Origin: Candidatus Cloacimonadales bacterium
GTDB lineage: Bacteria; Cloacimonadota; Cloacimonadia; Cloacimonadales; JAIOQZ01
Direction: 5' to 3'
NCBI GenBank assembly: GCA_963662655.2
Contig: CAXXTU010000002.1
Coordinates: forward strand, 1,792,001-1,856,000
DNA length: 64,000 bases
Part shown: positions 48,421 to 56,798 of the stretch, piece by piece
Numbering within the stretch: position 1 is the stretch's first letter
How the letters are laid out: every line of letters begins with the position of its first letter
Program-made: the position numbers and the translations under genes
Notes under the pieces: model-generated
The model's input: only the letters and a program-made list of their open reading frames with translations
Told to the model about the DNA's origin: nothing
Database searches by the model: none

Positions 48421-48738
48421 TCATTGTAATATGTTCTTCGTTCGCTCGATGTTGCTGCGCAATATCGATATTGCCGATTCGTAATAGCGACGGACGCAAT
48501 CGCAGGCAATGCTGTAGTAGACGCAATTCCCCTCGCGCTCGTCACGGATCAATCCGCTGGCTTTCATCTGCTGCAAATGGCGCGATACGGTAGATATATC
48601 GTACTCCACCATCTCCGTAAGCTCTTTGACGCAGTACCTTCCGACAAGCAGTTTTTCCAGCAGGAACAGCCTCACCGGATGCGCCGTAGCCCTGATTATA
48701 GCCGCCAGTTGATCAAACCTGTTTTTATCGTATTCCAT
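48421..48738 (-). CDS. arsR: ArsR/SmtB transcriptional repressor
   Basis: AHPVRL, CVKEL, STVSRHL, GNCVYY..CDC. Confidence 0.9.
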   Translation of the reverse strand: MEYDKNRFDQLAAIIRATAHPVRLFLLEKLLVGRYCVKELTEMVEYDISTVSRHLQQMKASGLIRDEREGNCVYYSIACDCVRRYYESAISILRSNIERTKNILQ

Positions 48739-48748
48739 ATCATCTCCT

Positions 48749-48786
48749 TGCATGTTTGCAATATTTCGCAAACACGCAGCTGTCAA
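48749..48786 (-). promoter_or_regulatory. ArsR operator overlapping the ars operon promoter
   Basis: Inverted repeat tgcatgtttgc-aatatttc-gcaaacacgca next to TTGACA (48786-48781). Confidence 0.7.
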
Positions 48787-48953
48787 GCAGTTTTTTGACA
48801 TACCCGGCATTTTCCGGAGATTTTTGTTACGCGGTCGCTCCACGAAAGGTGTGTCAACCTATACTCGTAAGCCTCAGGAACTATATGTGCGGTTAGATAA
48901 ATGGATTGACAATCACTCAATAAAACAATCAAATATCCTTACAAGGAGGAAAC

Positions 48954-49487
48954 ATGGCACTGCGATGCTTATTGGGGCATATATGGGATGGTTGTACATG
49001 CAGCATTTGCGGAAAAGTGCGTGACGTCGATCATCATTGGGACGGTTGCAAATGCTCGAAGTGCGGAAAGATACGCAATACGGAACATACTATTCAATAT
49101 GGATTTTTAAAAGACCATGACGAAAACGATAACAGTTCAGCGCTCTGGTTCACGCTCTGTACAAGATGTGGCAGTAAAATCTATGAGCCACAATTACCTG
49201 AATACATCGAGCCATCATCGCCCCAAGAGATCGATGATTTTCTGCAAGATTATTTTGGTCAGGAATTGCTTACCGATATAACTACCGAGAAGAATTTTAC
49301 TTGTAAGGAAACGATGGATTTTATCGTGGATATCAGCAAGAATCCATACAAGTATAAAAGAGTCACGAAAAAACAGATTGTTTACAGAAATACGGATTCC
49401 AAGACCGGCCACGTTGTGATCGTCTTCCGGATGATAAACAAGCTATTTCAAATTGTTAGAGTCCCTTACCTCGAAGATATATCATGA
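48954..49487 (+). CDS. Hypothetical protein with Cys/His-rich N-terminal repeats
   Basis: AGGAGG 4 nt upstream; two H.WDGC.CS.CGK.R repeats and a third CTRCG. Confidence 0.75.
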   Translation: MALRCLLGHIWDGCTCSICGKVRDVDHHWDGCKCSKCGKIRNTEHTIQYGFLKDHDENDNSSALWFTLCTRCGSKIYEPQLPEYIEPSSPQEIDDFLQDYFGQELLTDITTEKNFTCKETMDFIVDISKNPYKYKRVTKKQIVYRNTDSKTGHVVIVFRMINKLFQIVRVPYLEDIS

Positions 49488-49535
49488 GCGTCGCGAGACA
49501 TCTCAGTTCGTTCAATCCCGATCCTGCATGAAGAG

Positions 49536-50555
49536 TTATAAATGCTCCTTCAGCTTCTCCACGAAGGCGTCTATGTCCTCTTTCGTGGTATCCCAGGAGG
49601 TCATCCAGCGGACTTCGGAAGCGGCTTCATCCCACACATAGAAGAATGTTTCTTCCTGCAGTAGGGCAATTCTGTCACGGGGAATGCGCGCAAACACAGC
49701 ATTCACTTCCACCGGACGCGTTAGTGTAACCTGTTCGATCTCTCCCACGCGCTCGGCAAGATACTTCGCCATCGCGTTCGCGTTCTCGGCGTTTTTCAGC
49801 CAAACGCCGTTGGAGAACATCGCCAGGAACTGTGCTGAGATATAGCGCATCTTCGATGCAAGCTGCATGGCTTGCTTGCGAATGTATTTGAAGTTGTCGT
49901 CAGCGTAGGGCGGAAAGAAGATGATCGCCTCGCCGTACATCATACCGTTCTTGGTGCCGCCAAAGGAGACAATGTCCACCCCGCAATCGCGGGTCAATTC
50001 CCTGAAGCTGTAGCCTGTCGCGGCGGCGGCATTGCTGATTCGCGCTCCATCCATGTGGAGGAGAAGATTGTTTCTATGCGCGAACTGAGCAATCTCGTAA
50101 ACTTCCTCCCACGAATACAGCGTTCCGAGCTCGGTGGGCTGGGTAATGGAAATCACCCTGGGCTGGACATGGTGCTCGAAGCCAACCTCCGTTAGATGGT
50201 GGCGGACATCCTCGATGTGAATCTTGCCGTCGTGGCTGGGAACGGTTAGGAGCTTGCAGCCGGTGAATTTCTCTGGAGCGCCACACTCATCAACCTGCAT
50301 GTGCGCAGTCTCTGCACAAATCACCGCTTGCCATGACTGGCATACCGCCTGGATCGAAAGCGTGTTGGCTGCCGTTCCGGTAAACACGAACCAAGCCATG
50401 ATATCCTCGCCGAATATACCCCGGAGCATCTCCATCGCCTGTGCGGTGTATGGATCGTCCCCGTAAGACACCTCGTGATCCATATTGACATCCTGGATCG
50501 CCCTTAGAACTTCCGGATGCACGCCGGAAGCGTTGTCGCTCGCGAACATTCTCAT
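49536..50555 (-). CDS. ltaE: Low-specificity L-threonine aldolase
   Basis: FASDN, GTAAN, DECGAPE, HMDGAR, SFGGTKNG (PLP Lys), LASKMR. Confidence 0.92.
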   Translation of the reverse strand: MRMFASDNASGVHPEVLRAIQDVNMDHEVSYGDDPYTAQAMEMLRGIFGEDIMAWFVFTGTAANTLSIQAVCQSWQAVICAETAHMQVDECGAPEKFTGCKLLTVPSHDGKIHIEDVRHHLTEVGFEHHVQPRVISITQPTELGTLYSWEEVYEIAQFAHRNNLLLHMDGARISNAAAATGYSFRELTRDCGVDIVSFGGTKNGMMYGEAIIFFPPYADDNFKYIRKQAMQLASKMRYISAQFLAMFSNGVWLKNAENANAMAKYLAERVGEIEQVTLTRPVEVNAVFARIPRDRIALLQEETFFYVWDEAASEVRWMTSWDTTKEDIDAFVEKLKEHL

Positions 50556-51469
50556 TCAGCCCCTCCGATTTCCTTGTATGGGGTCGGATTCCACGGCGGT
50601 TTTTTGGCGACTTTCTTTACTACCGTCGTCTCCGCTTCAACCGGCCTGAAAGAATCCACCTTGATATAGCACGCCATGAAACGATCGATCGCAGGAAGGT
50701 CGTCGTAGGTTTCCATATACTCGTATCGATGATTGTAGATCATGGTTCCTTCGATCAGATAAAACGTGTTTTCTCCAAGCGAAGCAACGGAGGTGGCATC
50801 CGGAAATCCCACACGAATCCCCACGGGGATTGCATATCGCGGATGTTCCGTGGGAATCGACATCCCAAAAATGACCTGATTTTCCGGCAGCTCTGGTTGG
50901 ACCTCCGACGAGTATATCCCCACAAACCGGAATTTATTCGTCCCCACGCGATCGAGCGTAACCGTGCGCTGCGAGAGTTTGGCTCCCTTCCGCCGAGAAT
51001 TCCATTCATCACGGATAATGCCATAAAGCTCTCTCAGATTCAGCTCGCAGACCTCATCCGAATTATAAAAAGGATACTCGATTTTCTCGATTTCATGCTT
51101 CTGCTTCACCACCGCCAGTGTATCGACAATATCGTAATACGTCTCTGAGCTCCGCAGATCCAGATCGACTTCGGCAAGTTCTTCCTCGTCGTATTCCTTA
51201 TCGTACGACATCCGCCAGAAGGCTAGCTGCAAAACGGAAACCATCAGCAGGATCCCGATGATCCACAGAAATATGCGGCTTCGCTGCTCGTCCTTCTTCT
51301 TATCATCAGAACGCATGGCATGGAAAAACTGATCGATTACGACCGCCAGCATCAAGAGGCAGGTAAACGCCAATCCCAAAGGCGGTCTCGGACTCGCTCC
51401 CGTAAGGAACAGAGTGATGATAATCAATGAGAGAAACAGGCTCGTCATAAGGAAAATCGTTTTTTTCAT
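50552..51469 (-). CDS. Hypothetical protein with three N-terminal TM helices
   Basis: GAGGA upstream; overlaps the ltaE start. Confidence 0.7.
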   Translation of the reverse strand: MKKTIFLMTSLFLSLIIITLFLTGASPRPPLGLAFTCLLMLAVVIDQFFHAMRSDDKKKDEQRSRIFLWIIGILLMVSVLQLAFWRMSYDKEYDEEELAEVDLDLRSSETYYDIVDTLAVVKQKHEIEKIEYPFYNSDEVCELNLRELYGIIRDEWNSRRKGAKLSQRTVTLDRVGTNKFRFVGIYSSEVQPELPENQVIFGMSIPTEHPRYAIPVGIRVGFPDATSVASLGENTFYLIEGTMIYNHRYEYMETYDDLPAIDRFMACYIKVDSFRPVEAETTVVKKVAKKPPWNPTPYKEIGGAE

Positions 51470-51489
51470 GTAAATATCCTCTCACATTA

Positions 51490-52212
51490 TTATGAATCAC
51501 TTCCGCTGAAATCAGGCAGGAAGTCGTGCTTGATATGTTTCATACTGCTGTAGATGTTATCCACAACATCGATACTCTTCTGTTCGTGTTGCAAATTTCT
51601 AACCAGTTCACGGATCATTTCCCGCTTTGTCCTGCCGGAGTGAGGGCATTTCTCCTTTACAACCGGAAAATTCCTCTCCCGTGCATACGATTCGATAAGA
51701 TTCTCCGGCACCGTGAAGAATGGCCGTATGATCCGGTACGCGCCGTCAAACAATTCCTGCTTCGGCGTCATCGTGCTGATCTCCCGCGAGAAGATCATGT
51801 TGAGCAGCAGGGTTTCCGTCACGTCGTTCTTGTGATGGCCTAACACGATTGTACGAATACCATGCCTTTCGGCGACCTCGAGGATTCTTCTGCGCCGGAG
51901 TTTGGAGCACTCGTAGCATGGATTCTTCCGACCGGGTAGTTGAGACAGAATATCCTCGTCCACGTGGTGAAATCGGCCGACTTTCGCGCAGTAATCCATG
52001 AATTCCGGCTCGACATCCGTTCCAACATGCACCAGGTCGAATGAAATCGGGAACAGGCGCAGCAGTTCGGGCAAGGCCATGCTGTCCTTGCCGCCGGAAA
52101 CCGCGATCAACACCCTCTCGTCCGGTTCGAAAAGCTGCCAGCGCAGATTCGCATCCGTCACGCGCTCCACAAGAAGTTTCTCCAAACGGCTTTCAGGCTT
52201 CATCGTATTCAT
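51490..52212 (-). CDS. ttcA: TtcA-family tRNA 2-thiocytidine biosynthesis protein (start approximate)
   Basis: PP-loop SGGKDS, PCYECS..RR, GHHKND, IIRP, CP. Confidence 0.82.
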   Translation of the reverse strand: MNTMKPESRLEKLLVERVTDANLRWQLFEPDERVLIAVSGGKDSMALPELLRLFPISFDLVHVGTDVEPEFMDYCAKVGRFHHVDEDILSQLPGRKNPCYECSKLRRRRILEVAERHGIRTIVLGHHKNDVTETLLLNMIFSREISTMTPKQELFDGAYRIIRPFFTVPENLIESYARERNFPVVKEKCPHSGRTKREMIRELVRNLQHEQKSIDVVDNIYSSMKHIKHDFLPDFSGSDS

Positions 52213-52312
52213 AATCGCCAAGTATCCGAACATTCCCTTTATCGGTCAAGAATAGAACAAGAAATCTCTTGCGCGAATGCATTCGAATCATCCAAATGCT
52301 TTCGAGGTACCT

Positions 52313-53605
52313 ATGAATCCAAACAGATTTCTCGGCATCACTTCCTTTGGTGAAAGCCACGGCCCCATGATGGGCGTTGTCATCGAAGACATCAAACCCG
52401 GAATCGATTTTCCGCATCAGGAATTGAGAATACTACTCGACAAGCGCAAGCCTGGCACCGGGGAATTCGACTCTCCACGCAAGGAGAATGACGACTATCA
52501 GGTCGTCTCGGGGCTTTTCAACGGAAAAACAACCGGAATGCCCATCTGCATCCTCTTCCCCAATCGAGACGCCCGTTCGGAAGATTACGAGCGCCTTAGG
52601 GATGTTTTCCGGCCCGGGCATGCCGATTTCACGTTGTTCAAGAAGTTCAAGATACACGATTACCGCGGAGGAGGACATCTCTCGGGGCGCGAGACCATTG
52701 CCCGTGTAGCGGCGTCAGCTCTGGTGACGGACGAAACATCTGGAATTATCGTCACGGCAACGACGGAAAGAATCGGAGAGTTAGCGGCAAACGAGCCTTC
52801 GGGAAAGGGAGACAACGAATTCCACTGGCCTGATGCCGAAACTCTTCCATCTCTTCGGGACTACATTCGAGCGATCAAGGCGGGGGGAGATTCCGTTGGC
52901 GGAGTCCTGCGAATGGAGATCAATGGCGTCCCATCCGGGCTGGGCGATCCGGTCTTCGAGAAGCTGGATGCGAATCTCTCCAAAGCGCTGCTGTCGATCG
53001 GCGGAGTGAAGGGAATCGAGTTTGGCGACGGTTTTTTACTGGGCGGCATGAAGGGAAGCCAGGCGAACGACAGGATGACCGTGGAAGGATTCACGAGCAA
53101 CCATTGCGGGGGAATCCTCGGCGGAATCAGCACCGGGAAGCCCGTCGTGCTGCGTATCGCGATCAAGCCGGTGCCATCCATAGGATTACCGCAGCAAACC
53201 TTACGCCACGACGGCAGCGAGACGATCCTGACGCACACAAGTCGTAGCGACGTGTGTTTGATCCCGCGCATCATCCCGGTCTGCGAGGCGATGATACGCC
53301 TTACGCTGGCCGATGCGCTGGCATATCAAAGACTTATCGAGGGCGCGGAGACAAAGATCGACGATCTTCGAGGTGCGATTGACCGCATCGATGAGGATAT
53401 CCTGAACGCCTTACACAGAAGGGACAGGATTGTCGATGCGATTGCCCTGCTCAAGCGGGAAAAGAACATGCCTGTTCGCGATAGCGCTCGGGAAAAGGAA
53501 CTCATGCAGCGTCTCCTTCAAAAAGCCGATGCCTGGAATCTCGACAAAAAACTTGTCAACCGACTCTGGGATGCAATAATGGAACATAGTCGGAGGAGAC
53601 AATGA
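52313..53605 (+). CDS. aroC: Chorismate synthase fused to a C-terminal AroQ-type chorismate mutase
   Basis: GESHG, RPGHAD, SGRET, NHCGGILGGIS; tail LRGAIDRIDEDIL...LK...VRDSARE...SRRRQ. Confidence 0.9.
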   Translation: MNPNRFLGITSFGESHGPMMGVVIEDIKPGIDFPHQELRILLDKRKPGTGEFDSPRKENDDYQVVSGLFNGKTTGMPICILFPNRDARSEDYERLRDVFRPGHADFTLFKKFKIHDYRGGGHLSGRETIARVAASALVTDETSGIIVTATTERIGELAANEPSGKGDNEFHWPDAETLPSLRDYIRAIKAGGDSVGGVLRMEINGVPSGLGDPVFEKLDANLSKALLSIGGVKGIEFGDGFLLGGMKGSQANDRMTVEGFTSNHCGGILGGISTGKPVVLRIAIKPVPSIGLPQQTLRHDGSETILTHTSRSDVCLIPRIIPVCEAMIRLTLADALAYQRLIEGAETKIDDLRGAIDRIDEDILNALHRRDRIVDAIALLKREKNMPVRDSAREKELMQRLLQKADAWNLDKKLVNRLWDAIMEHSRRRQ

Positions 53606-54930
53606 TCATACTTTCCCTTCCCTTTCTAAGCGGCAATTTCCTGAAAAACTATGCAAGCAATATCGGCAGCCGGTACGACTACATCGAGTACCGGCTGGAC
53701 ATGAATAAAGATCCACTGTCCGTGCCGGATGACCTCTTGAACGACCGATGTATCCTTACCTATCGAGGGACGCCGGTACCGAGGATCGCGCTCTGGATAC
53801 GAAAGCAGATTCTACAATACAAGTGTCTGACTGACATGGATATCGAAGCGTATGAGGAGATGGTGACGCCCATTCCGCCACAGAATCTCATCCTTTCACA
53901 CCACGATAACCGGCCCGACTGGAAAATCGAGGAGATTCGTACGATCGTCAAGCGATCGAACGCGATGAAGTCACGCATCCTGAAGCTGGCTCTCAGGATC
54001 GAGCGATACGAGCAGCTTCTTGCCATTCCGGAGTTGATCAAGCTCTCCAAGAAGCCGGTGCTGTTCGTCGGCCTCGGGCCTTTGGGGCATGTAACCCGCA
54101 TTCTGTATTTCGCGCTCGATTCCATCGGAACTTACGTAGGGCTCGATGGCTATCTCACCGCGGAGGGGCAACTCTCCCACACACAAGCAGAGCTGTATCG
54201 GATACGCAATCATCGCTGCGTACCTGGAGGGATCGTCGGCGGAAAGCAGGTGCTGCAATCGCGAGGGATTCCGTTCTACAATGAGTACTTCCAGAAGAAC
54301 GATATTGACGCAGTCTACATCCCATTCCCCGCAGGAGAATTACAGGATTTTCTCTCATGGATCGATCAGAGCGGACTGAAGTTCTACGGCTTCTCCGTGA
54401 CCATGCCGTTCAAGGAGCATTTTGCACCGGGAAATCTGCCTGCCGGAAATACCGTTTCATTCGGAAGAAAGGGTAAAGAGACTTTCTGTACCGATCTGGA
54501 CGCCTTCGAGAGATCGATCGAAGCCCTTGAGATTGAACCGGACGAGACAATCGTGATTTACGGTTCCGGGGCTACGGCTGAACTCGCGCTCCACGCGTTG
54601 AAGGATTACCCAAGTGTGACAATATGCGGCAGAAACCTTCAGAAGACTCAAGCGCTGGCGAGCAAATACGGCAGGAAATCCTCAGATACCATTCCCGGCG
54701 CCGATGTACTGATCAACTGCACCCCTGCGGGAGCCGGGATGAATCCCCTTCCGGAGTTTCCGGACACCGTACGGAAAATCATCGATCTCCCCTATTCATC
54801 GCAGGCAACGCGCCTCATGCGTTTCGCGCAAGAGAGGAAGCTTCCTTACATCGATGGCGTGCAATTCTGGAAGTGGCAGGCAAAGAGACAGCTCGATATA
54901 TTTCTTGCATCCATGGAGGAGAATCGATAA
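53602..54930 (+). CDS. Type I 3-dehydroquinate dehydratase fused to shikimate dehydrogenase (AroD-AroE)
   Basis: IEYRLD, ILTYR, LSHH, LKLA, TAEGQ; then SVTMPFKE, NT, TD, GSGATA, INCTP.G, DLPY. Confidence 0.82.
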   Translation: MIILSLPFLSGNFLKNYASNIGSRYDYIEYRLDMNKDPLSVPDDLLNDRCILTYRGTPVPRIALWIRKQILQYKCLTDMDIEAYEEMVTPIPPQNLILSHHDNRPDWKIEEIRTIVKRSNAMKSRILKLALRIERYEQLLAIPELIKLSKKPVLFVGLGPLGHVTRILYFALDSIGTYVGLDGYLTAEGQLSHTQAELYRIRNHRCVPGGIVGGKQVLQSRGIPFYNEYFQKNDIDAVYIPFPAGELQDFLSWIDQSGLKFYGFSVTMPFKEHFAPGNLPAGNTVSFGRKGKETFCTDLDAFERSIEALEIEPDETIVIYGSGATAELALHALKDYPSVTICGRNLQKTQALASKYGRKSSDTIPGADVLINCTPAGAGMNPLPEFPDTVRKIIDLPYSSQATRLMRFAQERKLPYIDGVQFWKWQAKRQLDIFLASMEENR

Positions 54931-55653
54931 ATGAAGAAGCTTATACTCTTATTGGTCATCGTCTCCGCCCTAGCTTTACAAGCGGCAGAGACCGGCAGAT
55001 TCCGGTTCGGCGCGGTGATGGACCCGATGCTCGATCCTACGACCATCGACTCGCTTTTTGCTGAGAGTGACAGCCTTGATCAGATACTATTCGCGGGAAA
55101 AATTGTCAAACCGAGCTTTTTGCCGGACAGCATGTTTGCCCGAGATTCGCTGATCGTAGCGACTGCTACGCAATACGGAGCGTTGTTGTATCCCGTCGGC
55201 TACTCGTTTTCTCCCGAGCTTCCAGCCTATTCGACCTCGATGGTTCGTTGCGGGAATGTTTCCGCTTATGACAATGTTGATATTTTCCATGTGGGAAATA
55301 CAAAAATACGCCTATTCTCGCTCTACACACCGGACACAATCGTGAAACACAAAATCGTTGAACCTTCGCGGTTCCAGTACGATCTGCCGGGTCTTGCGGA
55401 GAAGGCATTCGCGGAGAAAGACTCAGCCTGCTTCGACATCCTGGTAACGAACCTGCCCAAGCATGTCATCAAGAAGCTTTTCGATTCGCCACCTGCGGAT
55501 GCAATCATCTGCTTCGACTACGTTCCGACGAAAAACGAGAAGCTCTTCGATAATCGCACCGCCTTTTACAGTCTTGCCGGCAATCCCAAAGGGATTTTGA
55601 CCGTCTTTGCAGAAAGCGGTGAAATCCGGCTCGAGTGGAGCAAGAGGAAGTAG
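54931..55653 (+). CDS. Hypothetical exported protein
   Basis: GGAGG upstream; signal peptide; lies in-operon between aroDE and xerC. Confidence 0.7.
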   Translation: MKKLILLLVIVSALALQAAETGRFRFGAVMDPMLDPTTIDSLFAESDSLDQILFAGKIVKPSFLPDSMFARDSLIVATATQYGALLYPVGYSFSPELPAYSTSMVRCGNVSAYDNVDIFHVGNTKIRLFSLYTPDTIVKHKIVEPSRFQYDLPGLAEKAFAEKDSACFDILVTNLPKHVIKKLFDSPPADAIICFDYVPTKNEKLFDNRTAFYSLAGNPKGILTVFAESGEIRLEWSKRK

Positions 55654-55655
55654 GT

Positions 55656-56570
55656 ATGTCCCTCACGCTTTCCGAGGCGCGACAGCAATATTTGCGGAAC
55701 CTGAAGGCTCGTGCCCTCTCTGCGCACACCATCACCGCATACAGGAAGGATATCGAGCAGTTCGAGGAATTTCTCTCTCGATTCTTCGAGTCGGAAGGTA
55801 TTGCATTGAAAGAAATCACACGGCTCATGGTTCGCGACTTTTTGCGAAGCCTGAGCGAGAATGAGCGGTCCAACCGCACGCTGGCACGGAAGGTCACAAC
55901 AATCCGTGCATTCTTCAAGTACTGCGTTTCAAGCGAGCTCGTGGCGGAAAATCCTGTCGCAGGCATGCCGACACCGAAGTTTGGCAAGAAGCTGCCGAAG
56001 TATTTCACGGAAGAAGAGATTCGCAAGCTGCTGGAACTACCCGATCTGACAACGAAATTCGGGATTCGGAACCGCGCGATTCTGGAGCTCCTGTATTCCT
56101 GCGGAATGCGTATCAGTGAGATAGCCAACGCGCGTATCGGGCAGCTTGATCTGCGCCGTGAAATGATTCGTATCATCGGTAAGGGGAACAAAGAGCGGAT
56201 CGTGCCGCTGGGGCAATGGGCTTGCGCTTCTCTGAGAAGCTACCTCAAGGCGCGCGTTCGATTCGAATCGGAGGAGAGCGCGGACTTCCTGTTCCTGTCC
56301 AAGAGCGGAAAGCCTCTCACACCTGACGAGCTGCGGGAAATACTCGATCGCTATATTATTCTGGTCGCAGATACGAAAGGCTATTCCCCACACTCCATCC
56401 GGCATTCGTTCGCAACGCATCTGCTTTCGCACGGCGCGGACCTCAAGGCCGTCCAGGAAATGCTCGGCCACAGCAATCTTTCTACGACCGAAGTCTATAC
56501 CCACCTCACCATCGAAGACCTGCAAAAAGAATATCTGCAAGCACACCCAAGAAGCAAGAAAGAAGACTAG
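55656..56570 (+). CDS. xerC: XerC/XerD-type tyrosine recombinase
   Basis: HTITAY..D, LYSCGMRISE, GKGNKER, PHSIRHSFATHLL, LGH..LSTTEVYTH, HPR. Confidence 0.85.
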   Translation: MSLTLSEARQQYLRNLKARALSAHTITAYRKDIEQFEEFLSRFFESEGIALKEITRLMVRDFLRSLSENERSNRTLARKVTTIRAFFKYCVSSELVAENPVAGMPTPKFGKKLPKYFTEEEIRKLLELPDLTTKFGIRNRAILELLYSCGMRISEIANARIGQLDLRREMIRIIGKGNKERIVPLGQWACASLRSYLKARVRFESEESADFLFLSKSGKPLTPDELREILDRYIILVADTKGYSPHSIRHSFATHLLSHGADLKAVQEMLGHSNLSTTEVYTHLTIEDLQKEYLQAHPRSKKED

Positions 56571-56597
56571 TCCCCTCCGAGATTTACACCCGACGCA

Positions 56598-56717
56598 GCG
56601 CGGGGGCGGCGTGTGCGCTTTGCGCACGATTCATTGCCTTGCGCTTTTGGCGTGATTGAAAAGCGCAAGGCAATGAATCAGGAAGCCTTCGGCTTCCACG
56701 CCGCCCCCGCGCGGGAA
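56598..56717 (-). repeat. Four-way-junction palindromic element, copy 4 (inverted relative to copies 1-3)
   Basis: Minus strand: ttccc-gcgcgggggcggcgt-ggaagcc gaa ggcttcc-t-21-bp perfect stem gattcattgccttgcgctttt-gtgcgc aaa gcgcac-acgccgcccccgcgc. Confidence 0.85.
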
Positions 56718-56746
56718 CGCCACTCGCCGAAGTCGGACAAGCGGGG

Positions 56747-56778
56747 AAAAAAAAGGTCCGGACGATCGTCCGGACCTA
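56747..56778 (-). terminator. Intrinsic terminator after the secreted protein
   Basis: aggtccggacg-at-cgtccggacct with an 8-nt A-run (U-tract on minus). Confidence 0.8.
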
Positions 56779-56798
56779 ATAAGCAATCATCAGGCAGC

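Noticed and set aside
55656..56570. Phage or integron integrase marking a mobile element
   Set aside because: Length and motifs fit chromosomal XerC/D; it lies in a housekeeping operon; no integron-integrase insertion or attC-like cassettes seen
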